The position numbers were made by a program, and so were the translations under genes. Source: Takakia lepidozioides (lineage: Eukaryota > Plantae > Bryophyta). Taken from it: a stretch of 64,000 bases of DNA. The notes under the pieces were generated by a model. It worked only from the letters and a program-made list of their open reading frames with translations. It was not told the origin of the DNA and searched no databases. The stretch spans positions 23,870,001 through 23,934,000 of the forward strand of contig CM060733.1 in assembly GCA_030704615.1 (NCBI GenBank), read 5' to 3'. Positions within the stretch are counted from its first letter, which is position 1. Every line of letters begins with the position of its first letter. This document shows, piece by piece, positions 46,084-59,411 of this stretch.

Positions 46084-48030
46084 GTGATGATCGGTACCAA
46101 CCATCACAAACTGCTGTTGTAGCAGAAAATAAATATTAAGCTTTTCTCAATGAGGCATGACAAAATTTCATAGAATGTGATGGATAGGCTTTAGGTACTG
46201 CACCTGTGCACAACACGCATCATCGCCCACTCCTTTTCTCAATGAGGCATGACAAAATTTCATAGAATGTGATGGATAGGCTTTAGGTACTGCACCTGTG
46301 CACAACACGCATCATCGCCCACTCCCCTCCAACTTGACTGTCGAAATCGTTTGACCTCAATATGTTACCATCCTTGGAGAACTTGTGGAAGAAACAGTAC
46401 CGCCACGTGAGACCTTTCCACTTTCTACTGTACGCCTCCAAGGTCATCTGTGGTGGTGAGACCATCGAAATATTCAAGTCCTTCAAATTCTGCTCTAGGA
46501 CAAGAATGGCGCGTTTCTCCAGCTGCAATGGGAACATCTATCAGAATTGCGCATGACAAAGCTATAGGATAATTCATACACAATAGGCACTTGAATCCAC
46601 AAATACCTGACTCCAAAATGTGGCCTTGTGAAGCCACCGATCAAGAACAATGTCACTTATTCCCTTGACACTTGTGTCAGGCTGGATTGTGCTTTTTGGG
46701 AACTGATTCAGATCCTTCACCGTCTGATCCGAGTTCCAAATCTCAGGCCATCTAACTTTTGTCTGGGGGTCGACCATGAAGAGAGCCAGCCTGTGCAATT
46801 TCTCCTGTTGCATCTCTGGATGTACATGCTTGTCGTAGTGGGATTTGATTTGGAGAAGGAACTCCTCCCCAAGTCTGGGATACACTATAATGGTGTTCTG
46901 GAAATAGACATTTTTAAACAGTGATGATCGGTACCGACCATCACTTTGTCTTCTAACAAATGAATGGAAAATTTAGTTGGTTTCCCAATGCACCTTGACT
47001 CAGTTCTGCTAGACTGCGATGATCGGTGCCGACCATCAGGATAATGCAAGCGATGATCGGTACCAAACATCACAACAAGACAACACTGGGATGCACACTA
47101 CCACGAGGTCTGAATGTGATGGTCGGCACCGATCATCACTCTTAGGCGGAATCCCTTCTTTCACTCTCTGAGCTTTTTAGCGAAGGAATGGACCTGGAAA
47201 CGATGACAGCCACACATCATCATTTTTGTGTCACTGCGATTTCTCCTATGAATTATCTGGACCTCTTTCATCCTAAATCTTTACAGTATGCAAAGGGTTG
47301 GTCTCCTCTTCTGGATTCTGGTGTAGTGCCAATCAATTCAAAAAGTGATGATCGGTACCGATCATCACAATCAGACTGCCTTGGGAAGCACAACCCATGA
47401 GGTCTGAATGTGATGGTCGGTACCGATCATCACTTTCCAGCAGAATTCCGCATTTCAGTGTATGAGATTTAGAGCAAAGAAATGGACTTGGAAGCGATGA
47501 TCGCCACCAATCATCGCTTTTCTGTTACTGCAATTCCAGATCTGAAGTGGGATGGACATTTTTCAACCTAAAGCATTTCATTCTACAAAGGGTTGCAGTG
47601 CGAGTTTGGATTTTGGGGTAATATCCAGTCATTACTGAAAGTGATGATCGGTACCGACCATCACAATGTAACTGCCGTGGGATGCACAAACCATGAGATC
47701 TGAATGTGATGATCGGCACCGATCATCATTCCTGGACGACCAAGCCATTTCCAAACTGGTCTGAAGAAGAAGGGAATGGACCTTAAAGCGACGATCATCG
47801 CTTCTACGTCATTGCAAGATGCGACTTTAGTTCCCTGGCACTATTGTGCATCACAATGAAATTGGCATTCTTTGCTTAAATAAAGCAATGGCGAAGGTGA
47901 TGGTCGACACCGATCATCACTTTCGCCTTGATGCGTATACTTTCCTACCTGCCTACATTCCTGAATCTGCTGAACTACAACACCAACCACATTCTTCTGT
48001 AAAGCAATGATCGCCACCGATCATCGCTTT
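46084..48030. repeat. Dispersed array of palindrome GTGATGATCGGYRCCGATCATCAC (~13 copies, ~295-bp higher-order units)
   Basis: Copies near 46084, 46921, 47016, 47050, 47116, 47345, 47409, 47493, 47641, 47706, 47897 and 48004. One more perfect copy lies outside the array at 30750-30773. Confidence 0.9.
46141..46324. repeat. 92-bp perfect tandem duplication
   Basis: CTTTTCTCAATGAGGCATG...CATCGCCCACTC occurs twice. Confidence 0.9.
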
Positions 48031-49299
48031 TCTCACATCTGGGGACCATCACTAAAGAAGGAAAGAGTGCGTTTGAGACAACTTACGGATCCCTTCGCCT
48101 TCTTCGGCTTTGTGGCTGCATCGCTCGGATCGCCCTCTTCTGCTTTCCTCTTCCCTTTTTCATCGGTCTGAACACAAGATAAACCATGTTATTGAATTCC
48201 ACTTGGAAGGGAGAACACCAAGACTAATGAAATTAGTAGTATGTGGATATGGAGTGCTCACCATTTCTGTCTGATGTAGGGTTTGCAGACTTCCTCCCTG
48301 TATAGCGTCCACTGCTCCTCCCCCTGTTCTCTTGTCTTCGGGCATGAACTTGGTTGGCACTATCTAGTTACCTACGCTCACTGCTCCAGCCGTCGCTACG
48401 ACTGCGGCGACCTCACTCTCACTTCCCACATGCTCTTCTGCTTGACCTGTCTCCAAGTTCTGCTGCCTAAGCGCTGCACCATCTTGCATGCGACGCCTCG
48501 TCATTTGCTCTCTTGATCTCAGCCTCTCTCTAATCGATGTAAAATACAATGACTTCCTTCTCTTCTGAACCAAACAAGGAACCCTCTCCAGCTTGACTGC
48601 CTCTCTTCCTCTAAGTGCAGAAACAAGAAAGATGAAGAGACTCGCTTTCTTGCGCGGTTCCGTCGTTTTGGGAGTGTCCCTGGAACCGTTGGATTCCCTC
48701 TTGTGTGTCCGATACTTGAATGTACATTTTCAGTGAAAATAACGTAACCTAATTGGGACAGCTGTTCCTTTACGCGGCTGTTTTGGGTTGTTGGCATGTG
48801 CAAACATAAATGATAAAACAGACATGTGTCTTTTTTGTGACAGCTTCATTAATATCACCGTACATTGTCATGGATGAGGATTCTCAAAGTAGTTAGCATG
48901 AGGCCTACTAAGGATTTCACGGAATATGCGTACGTGGAGAGTTCTGGGCCATTTCATGCATAATCTTGAAAGCATCAACATGATCAGACATAGCGAGTCA
49001 TGTCATGGCCTGACAAATGATCTAAGTACTTCAATTCTCTTCCGATCATCCCTACATGGGATCCTCAGGCTGTCTTCGAGGAAGTCGGCGGGTTTTTATT
49101 TTTTTGGGGCGACCCCCAAAACTTGATGGATCATCTGTCGGCATTGCTCAGAAGACATTGCACTCTGTAGGTCACATACGTTAATTTGACGGCGGATTGT
49201 CAAGAACCGTCCCCCGTAACTTCACAGGTGACTAGATGGAATATCAGAATATGCACAATCTTCAAGGAACGGGTGCTTCCGCCTCATTTCATGTGCACC

Positions 49300-52200
49300 C
49301 ATTGTGGTGCAAAGCTGAATCATCTGATTTCGCCTCGGCGAAAGTCCCTTGGATCGTACGTGACGCCCGAGACTGCTGCTTCAGTCGTTGAAGACAAAAG
49401 GGAGGTGGTGTTGAAAAAAGAACAGACGTCCTCCACTCCAATCGTTGAGACCAATGAACCGTGCCCCTAGTTTCGCGATCCAATGATGTGTAAGTTGGTT
49501 GTAGACAACCACACTTGATCCCCGATTGTAAACTCCTCATCCCGTCGATGTGCATTTGCATACTGCTTTTGACGATTTTGGGCAACCATCAGCTTCATTT
49601 TGAATTGAAGTATTCCCCATCGAATTTGTTGCACAAATACGTTAGTCGCGGCTACCTTAGATAACTCTTCATTTGGTAACTTGAACTTTGTGAGATGTTG
49701 GCACATTTGGGTGTTCGCCATACATTAAAAATAAATGAGTCTCTTTAGTTGACGCGTTGACCGAATTATTGTATGAAAATTCTACCAAAAATAATAATCA
49801 ATCGCACTCTTATTATTATTCTAACGTAAAGACCCGCAACATGTCTTCAATTGTACGATTCGCTCGCTCTATCTGTCCATCTGACTCAGGATGATAAGCT
49901 GTGGACATAGCTAATTTGGTTTTAAAAATACCAAATAGGTTTTTCCAAAACAAGCTAGTAAATTGGGTATCATTGTCAGTAATGATAACTTTAGATAACC
50001 TATGATAGGAATATACCGCTTCAAGAGATAGTCGAGCTACTTCAGGTGCAGTGACAGATTTTGAAGTGAGGCGGATTGTATCATCTTACTCAATTTGTCT
50101 ACAAAAATCACTATAATGTCATATATCGATGAGGTTTGACGTAACTCACAAATTAAATCGATGCTCAGAAGTTTCCAATGTCTGTTTGGTACTGGTAGTG
50201 GTTGTAAAAGACCTACTGACTTGCGGTTTGTTGACTTGTTTTGTTGACACTTCATGCAACTTCAAATGTACACCTCCAACTCGTCTTACATCCGTGGCCA
50301 ATAAAATGTTCGTTTAAGTTGTTCGAATGTTTTTTAACTCCAACATGTTCTGCTATTGCCGTATCATGAGCTTCAAACAAAACTTATGTCTTCAGTGAAG
50401 ATTTATCAGGGATCCAAAGCCTTCCTTCCTGGAAAACCAACCCTCGAACTTCTATCACTTTGTCCTTCTTCTTAACGTCCATGATGTTGTCATCCTCTAT
50501 AGAAGCCTTCGTTATCTTGTTCCACCAATCGGGTTGAATGTTGACCTCTGTCAATGTGTTCATGCACGACATCCTTGTCATTGCATCCGCTAATTGTCGT
50601 TTCCCCTCAACATAGACAATCTTCATGTTAAACTGTTATCGTTACTCCGCCCAACGAATTTGTCTCTCGATACATCTTTCTGTGTCTCCAAGTACACCAA
50701 CGGCTTATGGTCTGTCTCTACTATGAACTCTTTGTCTCCAAGATAGTGCCTCCAATGTTTTGTAGCCAATACAATAATTAATTCTTCTCGCTCGGTTGTA
50801 TGTTAATTCTGTTCCATAGGTAATAATTTAAAAAATATATATGACACTAGGTGCCATTCGTCTTTCCATTTCTATTGTAATACCCCATCCACTGTTGAGC
50901 CTAACGCATTTGCCGAGAGCTTGATTGGGCTTGTCGGATCATACCATTTCAAGATCGGGGCATGAAGCAACGCATCCTCTAAGGCCTGAAAATGTTAACT
51001 CATCTTTTGTAGCCCACTTCCATATAATTCCTTTGCCCAAAAGATTTGTCAATGGTTGGGCAATATTCGAGAATGCCCGTACAAATCGTCTGTAAAATTC
51101 GGTAAGGCCAAGAAAACTCCTTAATTGGGTGATGTTTTCAGGGGCTATCCACTGCTGAATAGCTTCTATATTGTCACTCATCATCTCAATTTTTTTTTTA
51201 CTCACGCGATGCCCCAGATAATCTACTTCTAGGTAGTTGCAAGATAAGGTGTCTCACTTTTGACAGATGGTGACATCTATGAAAATCCATTTATTTTTAT
51301 TTTTATTTTTATTTTTATTTTTTTAGCATATATTTTCAGTTTGATACTTATAAAAATATACAATAATATACTTAACAACTTTAATAAAGGGTCTAACCCA
51401 AAATATTATAGATATTATTTATTAAAAAATTTAATCTTTAATTAGAAAAATCTTTAAGAGTCAAATCTTAGTGTGTATGGACATCCTAGATTATATGGTT
51501 TGTATATTTATTAATGAAAGATGATATCCCAAAACCCCAACAGACAATATGTTATGGACTAATGAAAAATACATGTTTTTTGTGTATAAAAAAGTCCATA
51601 GTTTAGTAAAAATCAGATGGATTTCCAAACTACTTTCACCTATTGAAACATTGCACAATTTCTACAAATGATTTTTTGTCCTTACCACAATTGGTTACAT
51701 TTAGCTATGTTTTTTAGAGTCCATAGCACAAAAAACTGTGTCGTACCAAATTTTCCGCAAATTGGATGAACTATAAGAATGTTATTGACTTTTGAATCTC
51801 AAAACACGTTTTGTCATTGTATAGGTCTCGTAGGTGGTATACAAGAACCAATGTCCTTTATAATAAATATGAACTATTGTGAACAAAAAAAAAATATATA
51901 TGAAGCACAGTTATTGAAAAACTGTCCGATGACGTCCAAACTGAGACAACATATCCTGCAACTGTCATTCTTGTTTTCCAAACTCACAAGGCTCGATAAG
52001 GCTCTTACTGTAGATCAAAATATCATCTACAAAGACTATCACAAATCTATCTAAGAATGAGCGGAAGATATCATTCATGAGACCCATGAATGTGGCTGGG
52101 ACATTGGTGAGACCAAATGACATAACCATGTATTCAAAATGTCCATACCTAGTGCGGAAGGTGGTCTTATATACATCTTCATTAGCGATTCGAAAACACT

Positions 52201-54060
52201 GGCGCTGCATACGGTGATACACTTGGTCTTATAAAACCCTTTGAGAGTAGGTCCTCAACTTAAGCCTTGCATTCTGCCAACTCGTTTGGTGCTAATCGAT
52301 AAGGGACTTTATAAGAATGAATACTACTTGGAACAACCTCAATATTATGATCTACTCTTCTCTTTGGCAGAAGTCGTGCTGGTAGGTCATCTTTGAACTC
52401 TTTCAATACACTCTGTAATTCTATATGGACCTCACTCATGTATTTTTTTGGATTTTTCACGTCTCTTATTAAACCTACAAATAATAAGTCTTTCTTACAT
52501 ATAGTTGTAGTACCTATAACAAATGATGGTAGGTTCGATATGATGTCCTCACTCGATCTCCCCATATTTTCTAATTCTAAATTTTGAAATCTTTCGACGC
52601 CAATCAACATTGGGGTTATAAGATTCCATCCAAGGAATGCCTAATATTAAGTCATATCGAGCCAGTCTGACCACTCGTCATTCTAAGGTTTCTCTATATT
52701 TATTCGATCGTCAATTCTATGCTTTTAGGTAGTGTCTTAATGGCCTTTGTATGTTCATTTGACATTTCTACTTATTCTCTTTCATCTTTCTCCAAGGGGA
52801 GTCATGGTTTCAAGGCAGCCTTTCTAGATAAGAAGTTTTTTGTTGCCCTAGGGTCTATCAACACTGTCACATGAATATCTTCCAAGGTTCCATCTACCAC
52901 AATTAACTACGTCTGTTTCTTGTCCGCATGATTGATCTATCTCTTCTCCTTGTAGGGCCCCTCGCCTTTCCTCTTCTTTGTAAAACCAATAAGACCGCGA
53001 GGTCTACTTACTGGTTGTCCTCGTTTTCCTGCTCATTGTGAAGTTCGTCATCTTCTCATCTCCTCAGATTGTTAAGAGATCTTTGATACGTTTGTCAATC
53101 GTACCTTCCACTTCGGCAGTTGGCCGCAAGATGTCCGTATTTTCCACAGTTGTAACACTGTCTGGTTTCCCTTTGTTATTCTGTTCACGAGAATGTTGAG
53201 GAGGTCACATCCTTGTCATTCAGTTTCATTCGTCATTGTGTGTTATCTTCCTCATATTTGATTCCCTACCTATTTCTTTGAGAATATTGGAAGTTATCCC
53301 GTCTTCGAAGATTTACAAGCTCCATAGGCGTTGATCCGTACTGGTTCAATGGAACGTGTGTACCTTCATCGTATCTTGGTAACGCCCCTTCAATATTTTG
53401 GGCCAATGAAATTGCTTCGTGGACATCAACCAGGTTGCATAAAATCACATCTCCTTGAATTTTCTTCTTCAATCTTCTTCTGAAGTTGTCTAATGCTTCT
53501 GCAGAACTCATATCTTTGATTTGGACCTACAGATTAAAAAAATCTTCAATATAATTTTGCACACTACCGCGTTGTTCCAAATTCCTTAATTTTATTTGAG
53601 CAATTGTAACAGCATCCACTATCTTGAATTGTTGGAGTAGTCTCGCTTTTAAGGTGCTCCATAATAAACGTTCTTCTCTCCCATGTCTGTAACCATGTTG
53701 AAGCATTGTCGAGTACAAAAGATCGTATAAAGATTCATTGGTCCAAATCGCTTGATGTAGGGAAATATGATAGATATACCTCCATGCGATAAATCTATTT
53801 TTTTAGTACTCCCATGACGTGACTTCCTTTATATGGCTCGACCTTGCACGTCTTGGTCATCTTTTATAGTAATGTATGTAACCTACCAACAACAAGTCTC
53901 AGGGCGGTTGATTGTCTTACTTGCTTAAGCTCCTCCATCAAAACGTTGTTTTATTGTTGGGTCGTGACAAAAGCATTCTACAAGTCGTGTAAGCGCTCCA
54001 TTATCCACATCGTCTGATCATTGGCTTGATGAGTAATGTGTGCGTTGTCCATCATTTCTT
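49300..54060 (-). mobile_element. Degraded Ty3/Gypsy LTR retrotransposon internal region (gag-PR-RT-RH-INT)
   Basis: gag (LRNLEQRGSVQNY, CYNCGKYGHLAANC), protease (VLID), RT ([46 protein letters not shown]), RNase H, integrase (GLLQPLPVP, AQNRQKQYANAHRR). Many stops and frameshifts. Confidence 0.92.
51234..51964. mobile_element. AT-rich non-autonomous TIR element (hAT-like ends) inserted in the Gypsy RT
   Basis: Left TAGTTGCAAGATAAGGTGTCTCA versus reverse-complemented right CAGTTGCAGGATATGTTGTCTCA. It splits the RT motif CEFGKQE/EVDYLGH. TSD not clean. Confidence 0.7.
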
Positions 54061-56544
54061 TATTGTCTGCCATTTTGCTCCACTACTCTTTGCTTCTTGG
54101 TGTTTGTATTCTAAGATTAATATATTATATATTTATTCTGTTATCCTAATACAATATGTAAATAGTACAATCCCAAACCATCCCGTACGTGACTATTGGT
54201 GATACAGAAAGAACATTTGAACTATTGACAATGTTCATGAATTCTACTCCAAATTCTGCAACTAAAAATTTTATAAGATGATGTTTGTCGATGGCGTGCA
54301 CATTGATACTAGATACATTTGGCGATGGAAAATTGGGCGGTATGTATCTACCTCGATCTACATAGATACACATATATATATATTATAATTTCTAATTATA
54401 TGACAGACGACAGGTCGTGGATTTTGTAACACTTCTTGATATCATTCTTTTCCAAATATCCGTACTATCATATCTCTAATCTCTGCCTTATGACGGCATA
54501 TCATTTTAAATTCACACTTAGAAGGGAAATCACGAGCGACGCTACAACGTGAGCGGTGAGCGTATGCTCACGCGGGGCTGATGTGGCGTAAGCCCACGCT
54601 AAGGCCACGTCAGCGTGAGCAGATGCCACGTCAGCACGAGCAAAGGTCATGTCAGCAAATACCATATGATGGGCGGTCAAAGAAAGAGTACATATTCCCG
54701 CTGGACCTATAACCGTGGGAATCGACATGTATAGTATGATGAAATTAGATCTCATTATGAAAGAAGAGCCCATGGCTTCAATGAATAGGTAGGACAGTCA
54801 ATTGCTGAACTATGTTGCATATTGCAAACAAGACGACACAATTTTGAGTGACAACTGCAAAACAAAAAACATATATCCTGAATGTGGTGTGCGACACTGC
54901 ACACCTCACACGCCTAGCGACAGTCGTGCATCACACTCTGCACACCGTCGCCTGTTTTGGATCCCAGCTCCACCGCCATGTAATACAATTGTCGGCGAAG
55001 TCTGCCTCCATCGATTGCGCTCGTCTGCTAACTTAAAAATCAGGAGCTTATCTGACCCGTTACGATGATATCTTTGAAATGTTCTTCTTCCACGTTGAAA
55101 GGTGGACTCTAACACTACAAGAGATGAGCGTTTTTAGGACTACGGCTTTGGCGGAGTCATTAAAACTGCACTAGGTAGATGACTACAGAGCGCTGAAATG
55201 CGTTGCAGTCATAGTTTTATCACTACATAACTCCGAAAAGTTAGGAAGCTTTGGTCAAACATTGTTGACCACGATGATAGGGATGGTTTATATGACTAGT
55301 GTGATATGTTTGACTACACGTGGACGATGTTTCATGGAATGTTATGACTCCATGACTAGAGATGGTTTCACAGCTCTAATTATATGACTACATCGCTACA
55401 CGTGTCATTTCGAAGGCAATTACACGAATGTATTCATCCATTGGACGAGTTCATCCACAACATGACATGACATGTAAACTTATGACTGTCTGACTGCAGA
55501 TTGATTCATGACTCTATATATATGACTACATCACTACACGTGGCATTTTAAAAGCATTTATATGACTTTACTAGTACACGTGTCATTTTGAAGACATATA
55601 CATGAATGGATCCATCCATTGGATGAGCTCATCCATCCATGTTTGCCGAAATCCTATCAGCTTAGTACATGTGTTAGTTTCATATTGGTTTGATATAGCT
55701 CAAGCATTTTGTATTTATCGTAGAGCACCAAGTCGCATTCTTCATTGAGTCTGTAAAGTGAGGGTTTGCGGATGATGCCATTTGGAATGTGCGACAGTAT
55801 GGCTGAACGACGGGTCGTGTCTTCAAATGCGATGATTGCAGGATAGCATGGTGATCATATCACAGGTGAGAACTGCATCTACTTGAAGAAATTTGGAACG
55901 CTACCTTCATGGACATGTATGGAAGCATCGACGATGCAAATTCGAAGGGAGAGTTCGATAGGATTTACAAAGGTTATCTGGTGTCAGATTGGTAAGTTAT
56001 AATCGAAACGTTTAAATATCTGCTGCCAAGTCTACATCTCTTCCATTAGCAGTTATAACCAATCATCATCATGAAGCTACAGGCCCGATGTGAAATCCCA
56101 ATCGGGACCTATATCTTCCTCCCCCTTTTTGTCCTTATTTTGCTGTCAAACCCTTCATTCTATGTGGAAGGGTCCAAAGGGAACTTCACATTTCCCCTCA
56201 TGATCTTGATTTTGGGAATTCTTTTCGAATGCAATGCTATTAGGATATGGGTAGCATTGTCGTCATCACAGGTTGGCCGGTCAAATAATGGAATATATTA
56301 CAAAGGAAAGGTTGAAGCTGGCCGCCAGTATATGTGTTCTCTCTGCGAATTGCCAAACTGGCTTCATCAAGAATGTGCAGGGTCGCAATGTCCTCACTAA
56401 CTTTTAGGTTACTCTCATTTTAAGTGGGTGCAGTGCTGCTTCTAGTATGGAGCTCTTATCACTTGGTACATCATAGCGAAATTGAAGTGCTTATTCTCAG
56501 GTAAATGTGTGTCTTTTGACACTCTAAAGTGAGTTTATTTTGTT

Positions 56545-57242
56545 GTCAGGGTTAAAGGCCGTGTTGTAAATTGACTTGGGATTGGTGCAGGGAATAAATT
56601 TCACCACAGACAAGTTGATGGAGGCTGGTGCGGAAATGGTAGAGTCTGATAGAGTCACACGTGGATGTAAAAACAACAAACAATTACATGTTGCGGATTT
56701 TCTGCATTGGCTTCACAAAGAAGCGACCCAACCACATTAAGCGCACTTGCTACGCACAATTTCAGAAATGTTAGACAATTTCTAGGGCTCTTCGACAAAA
56801 TGATGCAATTCTTAGAAGTTGAATGGCAGTCTCTGAAAGAAATAGAACCTCAAGTACACCAGCCAGTAGTTTTTGGGGATAATGAAGGCATTTCAGGTCT
56901 CTGATGTCCATTTTTGAGGTTCAGGTGTGAGTGGGAAAGAGAGAGAAAGAGAGAGAGAGAGAGAGAAATTTCCATAGAACATGACGGTTGCAATGGTGGT
57001 TGCTTGTCAGGAACACTGCAAAACATTGTATGCAGCCAGTATTTCCATGTAGGTCCTTCACCAATTTCGCGATATGCAGCCTGATGTAAGTAGTGTTACC
57101 ATGTCTCGGCTTGCTTCGGTGGAAGATGAGGGAGATCATTGTGCATGAAGCTCAAATTTGTGATTTGAAGGTTCTTGTAGCCAAGTTCATTCCAGAGGTG
57201 ATTGGAAAAGACATTGAGAAGACATAAGCCAGTATGTATCCT
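56545..57242 (+). pseudogene. RPS3a: 40S ribosomal protein S3a (eS1) gene fragments
   Basis: LKGRV; [43 protein letters not shown]; [38 protein letters not shown]. Disrupted by stops and frameshifts. Confidence 0.88.
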
Positions 57243-59400
57243 ATTTCACAGTATTCCCAGCTTCAGTTGCACTACTTCCCACACTCCCTGTCCCCCCAGA
57301 GCCAGATCCAGGCAGCCCGCCTGATCCCCCTGAGCCGACACCTTCATTGGCCTGTGATCCAAGTGCTCCACTTGATCCAGGTCCAACGGGTTGGGATGTC
57401 CTGGTTGTAATCTCAACCTCAGCTGTTGGGTCTACTTCTTCATATTCTTCCTCTTCCAATTTCTTCTCTCTGTTTTCATCCTCCAAGGTCTGCCCTTGGG
57501 TTTCTTCTTCACTCATGTAACTCAACTGTAATGGTGTTGGAGAGTCTGAACTCTCCGTTGACTCTGCCACAGCCTCTTTTCCTTCTTCACCTTCCGCTTC
57601 AGAAACTGGAGTTCCTGCTTTTGGTGTTCCATGCCAACTCTTATCAAAGATTTCTGTCAAATCTTTTATCCAGGGATGTACCTCAAATCTTTCACCTCGT
57701 GATTGATCTTCTTCCTGTACCAATTCCCTTAATCTTTCTTGCAAAGAAACAGAAGGAGTGGCATCCAACTCTAGTTCTTCCGGTATGGGTGATGTACTTT
57801 GATCTTAATGGTGTGAGAGGTCCAGATGATTCCCCTATGTCTATTCCTCTCTCCAAAGATATGGATAATTAGCTTTCAGATAGCTTTCTCTTTTTACTGA
57901 ATATCTCTGGCGTCTAGCTTCTCTTTCATCACTCATGTCCCATGTCTTTCATTTCTTTTAATGTGGCAATAACCAAAACTCTCTTCTGTAATATCTCTCG
58001 TATATGCCTGGGTTTCTTTCAAGCTTCAATGCACCCTTGGCTATACTTGAAGTCTCCGTTACCATATAACCATATGGCAAACAAGTCTCTGAAAAGCTGT
58101 TCTTGGTGTGAGTTTGATCCCAAAATATCCTTTGGAATCCAATTCTTTACCAGTACAAGCTCTTCATGCATATGAGTATAAACATTCACCTTTCTTTCTT
58201 CCCAGCCTTCAAACTCTACTTGCTTAATGGATAGCAATGCTATCACATAAACCAACGTTGGTAACCAACGTGCTCTTCCTCTACAGGCTACCTGATAAAT
58301 CTTTATCACTCCTTTCTCCAGACCCCATTCCGGATCAGCATCATGCACTCGCTTAAGAATATTTTCTTTACAACCGTCTGGCAATTCCAAGAACCTTTGA
58401 AAGAATTGTTTGGACAATCTTTCTTCCTTCGTTCCACAGGGAATTTGATTCACTTCAAATTCTTTAATGGTCCAACCACCATAATCCCACCAGATGCCTG
58501 TCACATCTGGTTGTTCATGACTCAGTTCCCCAGTATGGTCGCCAAATGTCGCGCGGCTTTACTCACCCATCCCTTCGCCATCCGAGGCAGAAACTCCAAG
58601 ATAGAAGAGTTGGAAATCTCTAAGTACTCAGCCCGCGCAGAACAATAAGTCATGACCTACAGCTAGTGTATCATGGGGGTGTTTCCTATTTGTTTCCCTT
58701 TTGGCATTCATGTTAGCTACCTTACCATTGATAATTAAGTATCAGTTTGCTTCATCAATCTATCGGATTCCATCAACTCATCCATTCATTCCACAGCTTC
58801 ACTCAGATCTCTCTACACAGTGTGATTGTATCGTATAAGTATCAGATTATGATTTATCAGGTATCAGGCCGAAGCCATTGTGTCTCTAATCTGCTCTACA
58901 ATATCACTACAGCTTTGCATATAACAAATATCTACTAATCATCTTTCTTCCTTCACTGTGCTCTCCATCTTTGCTTCTGTTCTTGCTCTTCGCCCGATCC
59001 CCTCTCATGCATGACCAAGAACCTCCCCGTGAAGTGCTTCCAAGAATCCATCCCCTTCTCAGTCCTTGCTTCTCCCTTTATCTTCCTACTCGTGGCTCTA
59101 ACCGTTTCCCTCACTAACCGTCGTCCGTGAACTAACATGTTCCATTTGTAGGTGTTGTTCCCCACAGTCGTTCCCTGTCCTGCTCTCCGTTCCTTAGCTG
59201 TGACTGGCTGTGTGAAACTGTGTCGGCTGTGACGACTGTGACGGGCTGTGTTGGCTGTGACGGCTGTGTTGGACTGTGACGGACTGTGTAACCCCCCTCT
59301 ACAGTGCGCTGCTGTCATCCCTAAGGCTCCTGTTGGTCTTAGTCTGTGCAAAAATTAAGGGTACCCTACGGATCCCGTATAAGTGTCTAAGTCCCAGACA
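57243..59400 (-). mobile_element. Probable truncated LTR-retroelement insertion
   Basis: Starts TGTCTGGG on the minus strand at 59400, contains broken ORFs, and interrupts the RPS3a remnant between YP and a PL.NV-like continuation. Near-TSD ATCCT/GTCCT. Confidence 0.45.
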
Positions 59401-59411
59401 GTCCTCTAACA

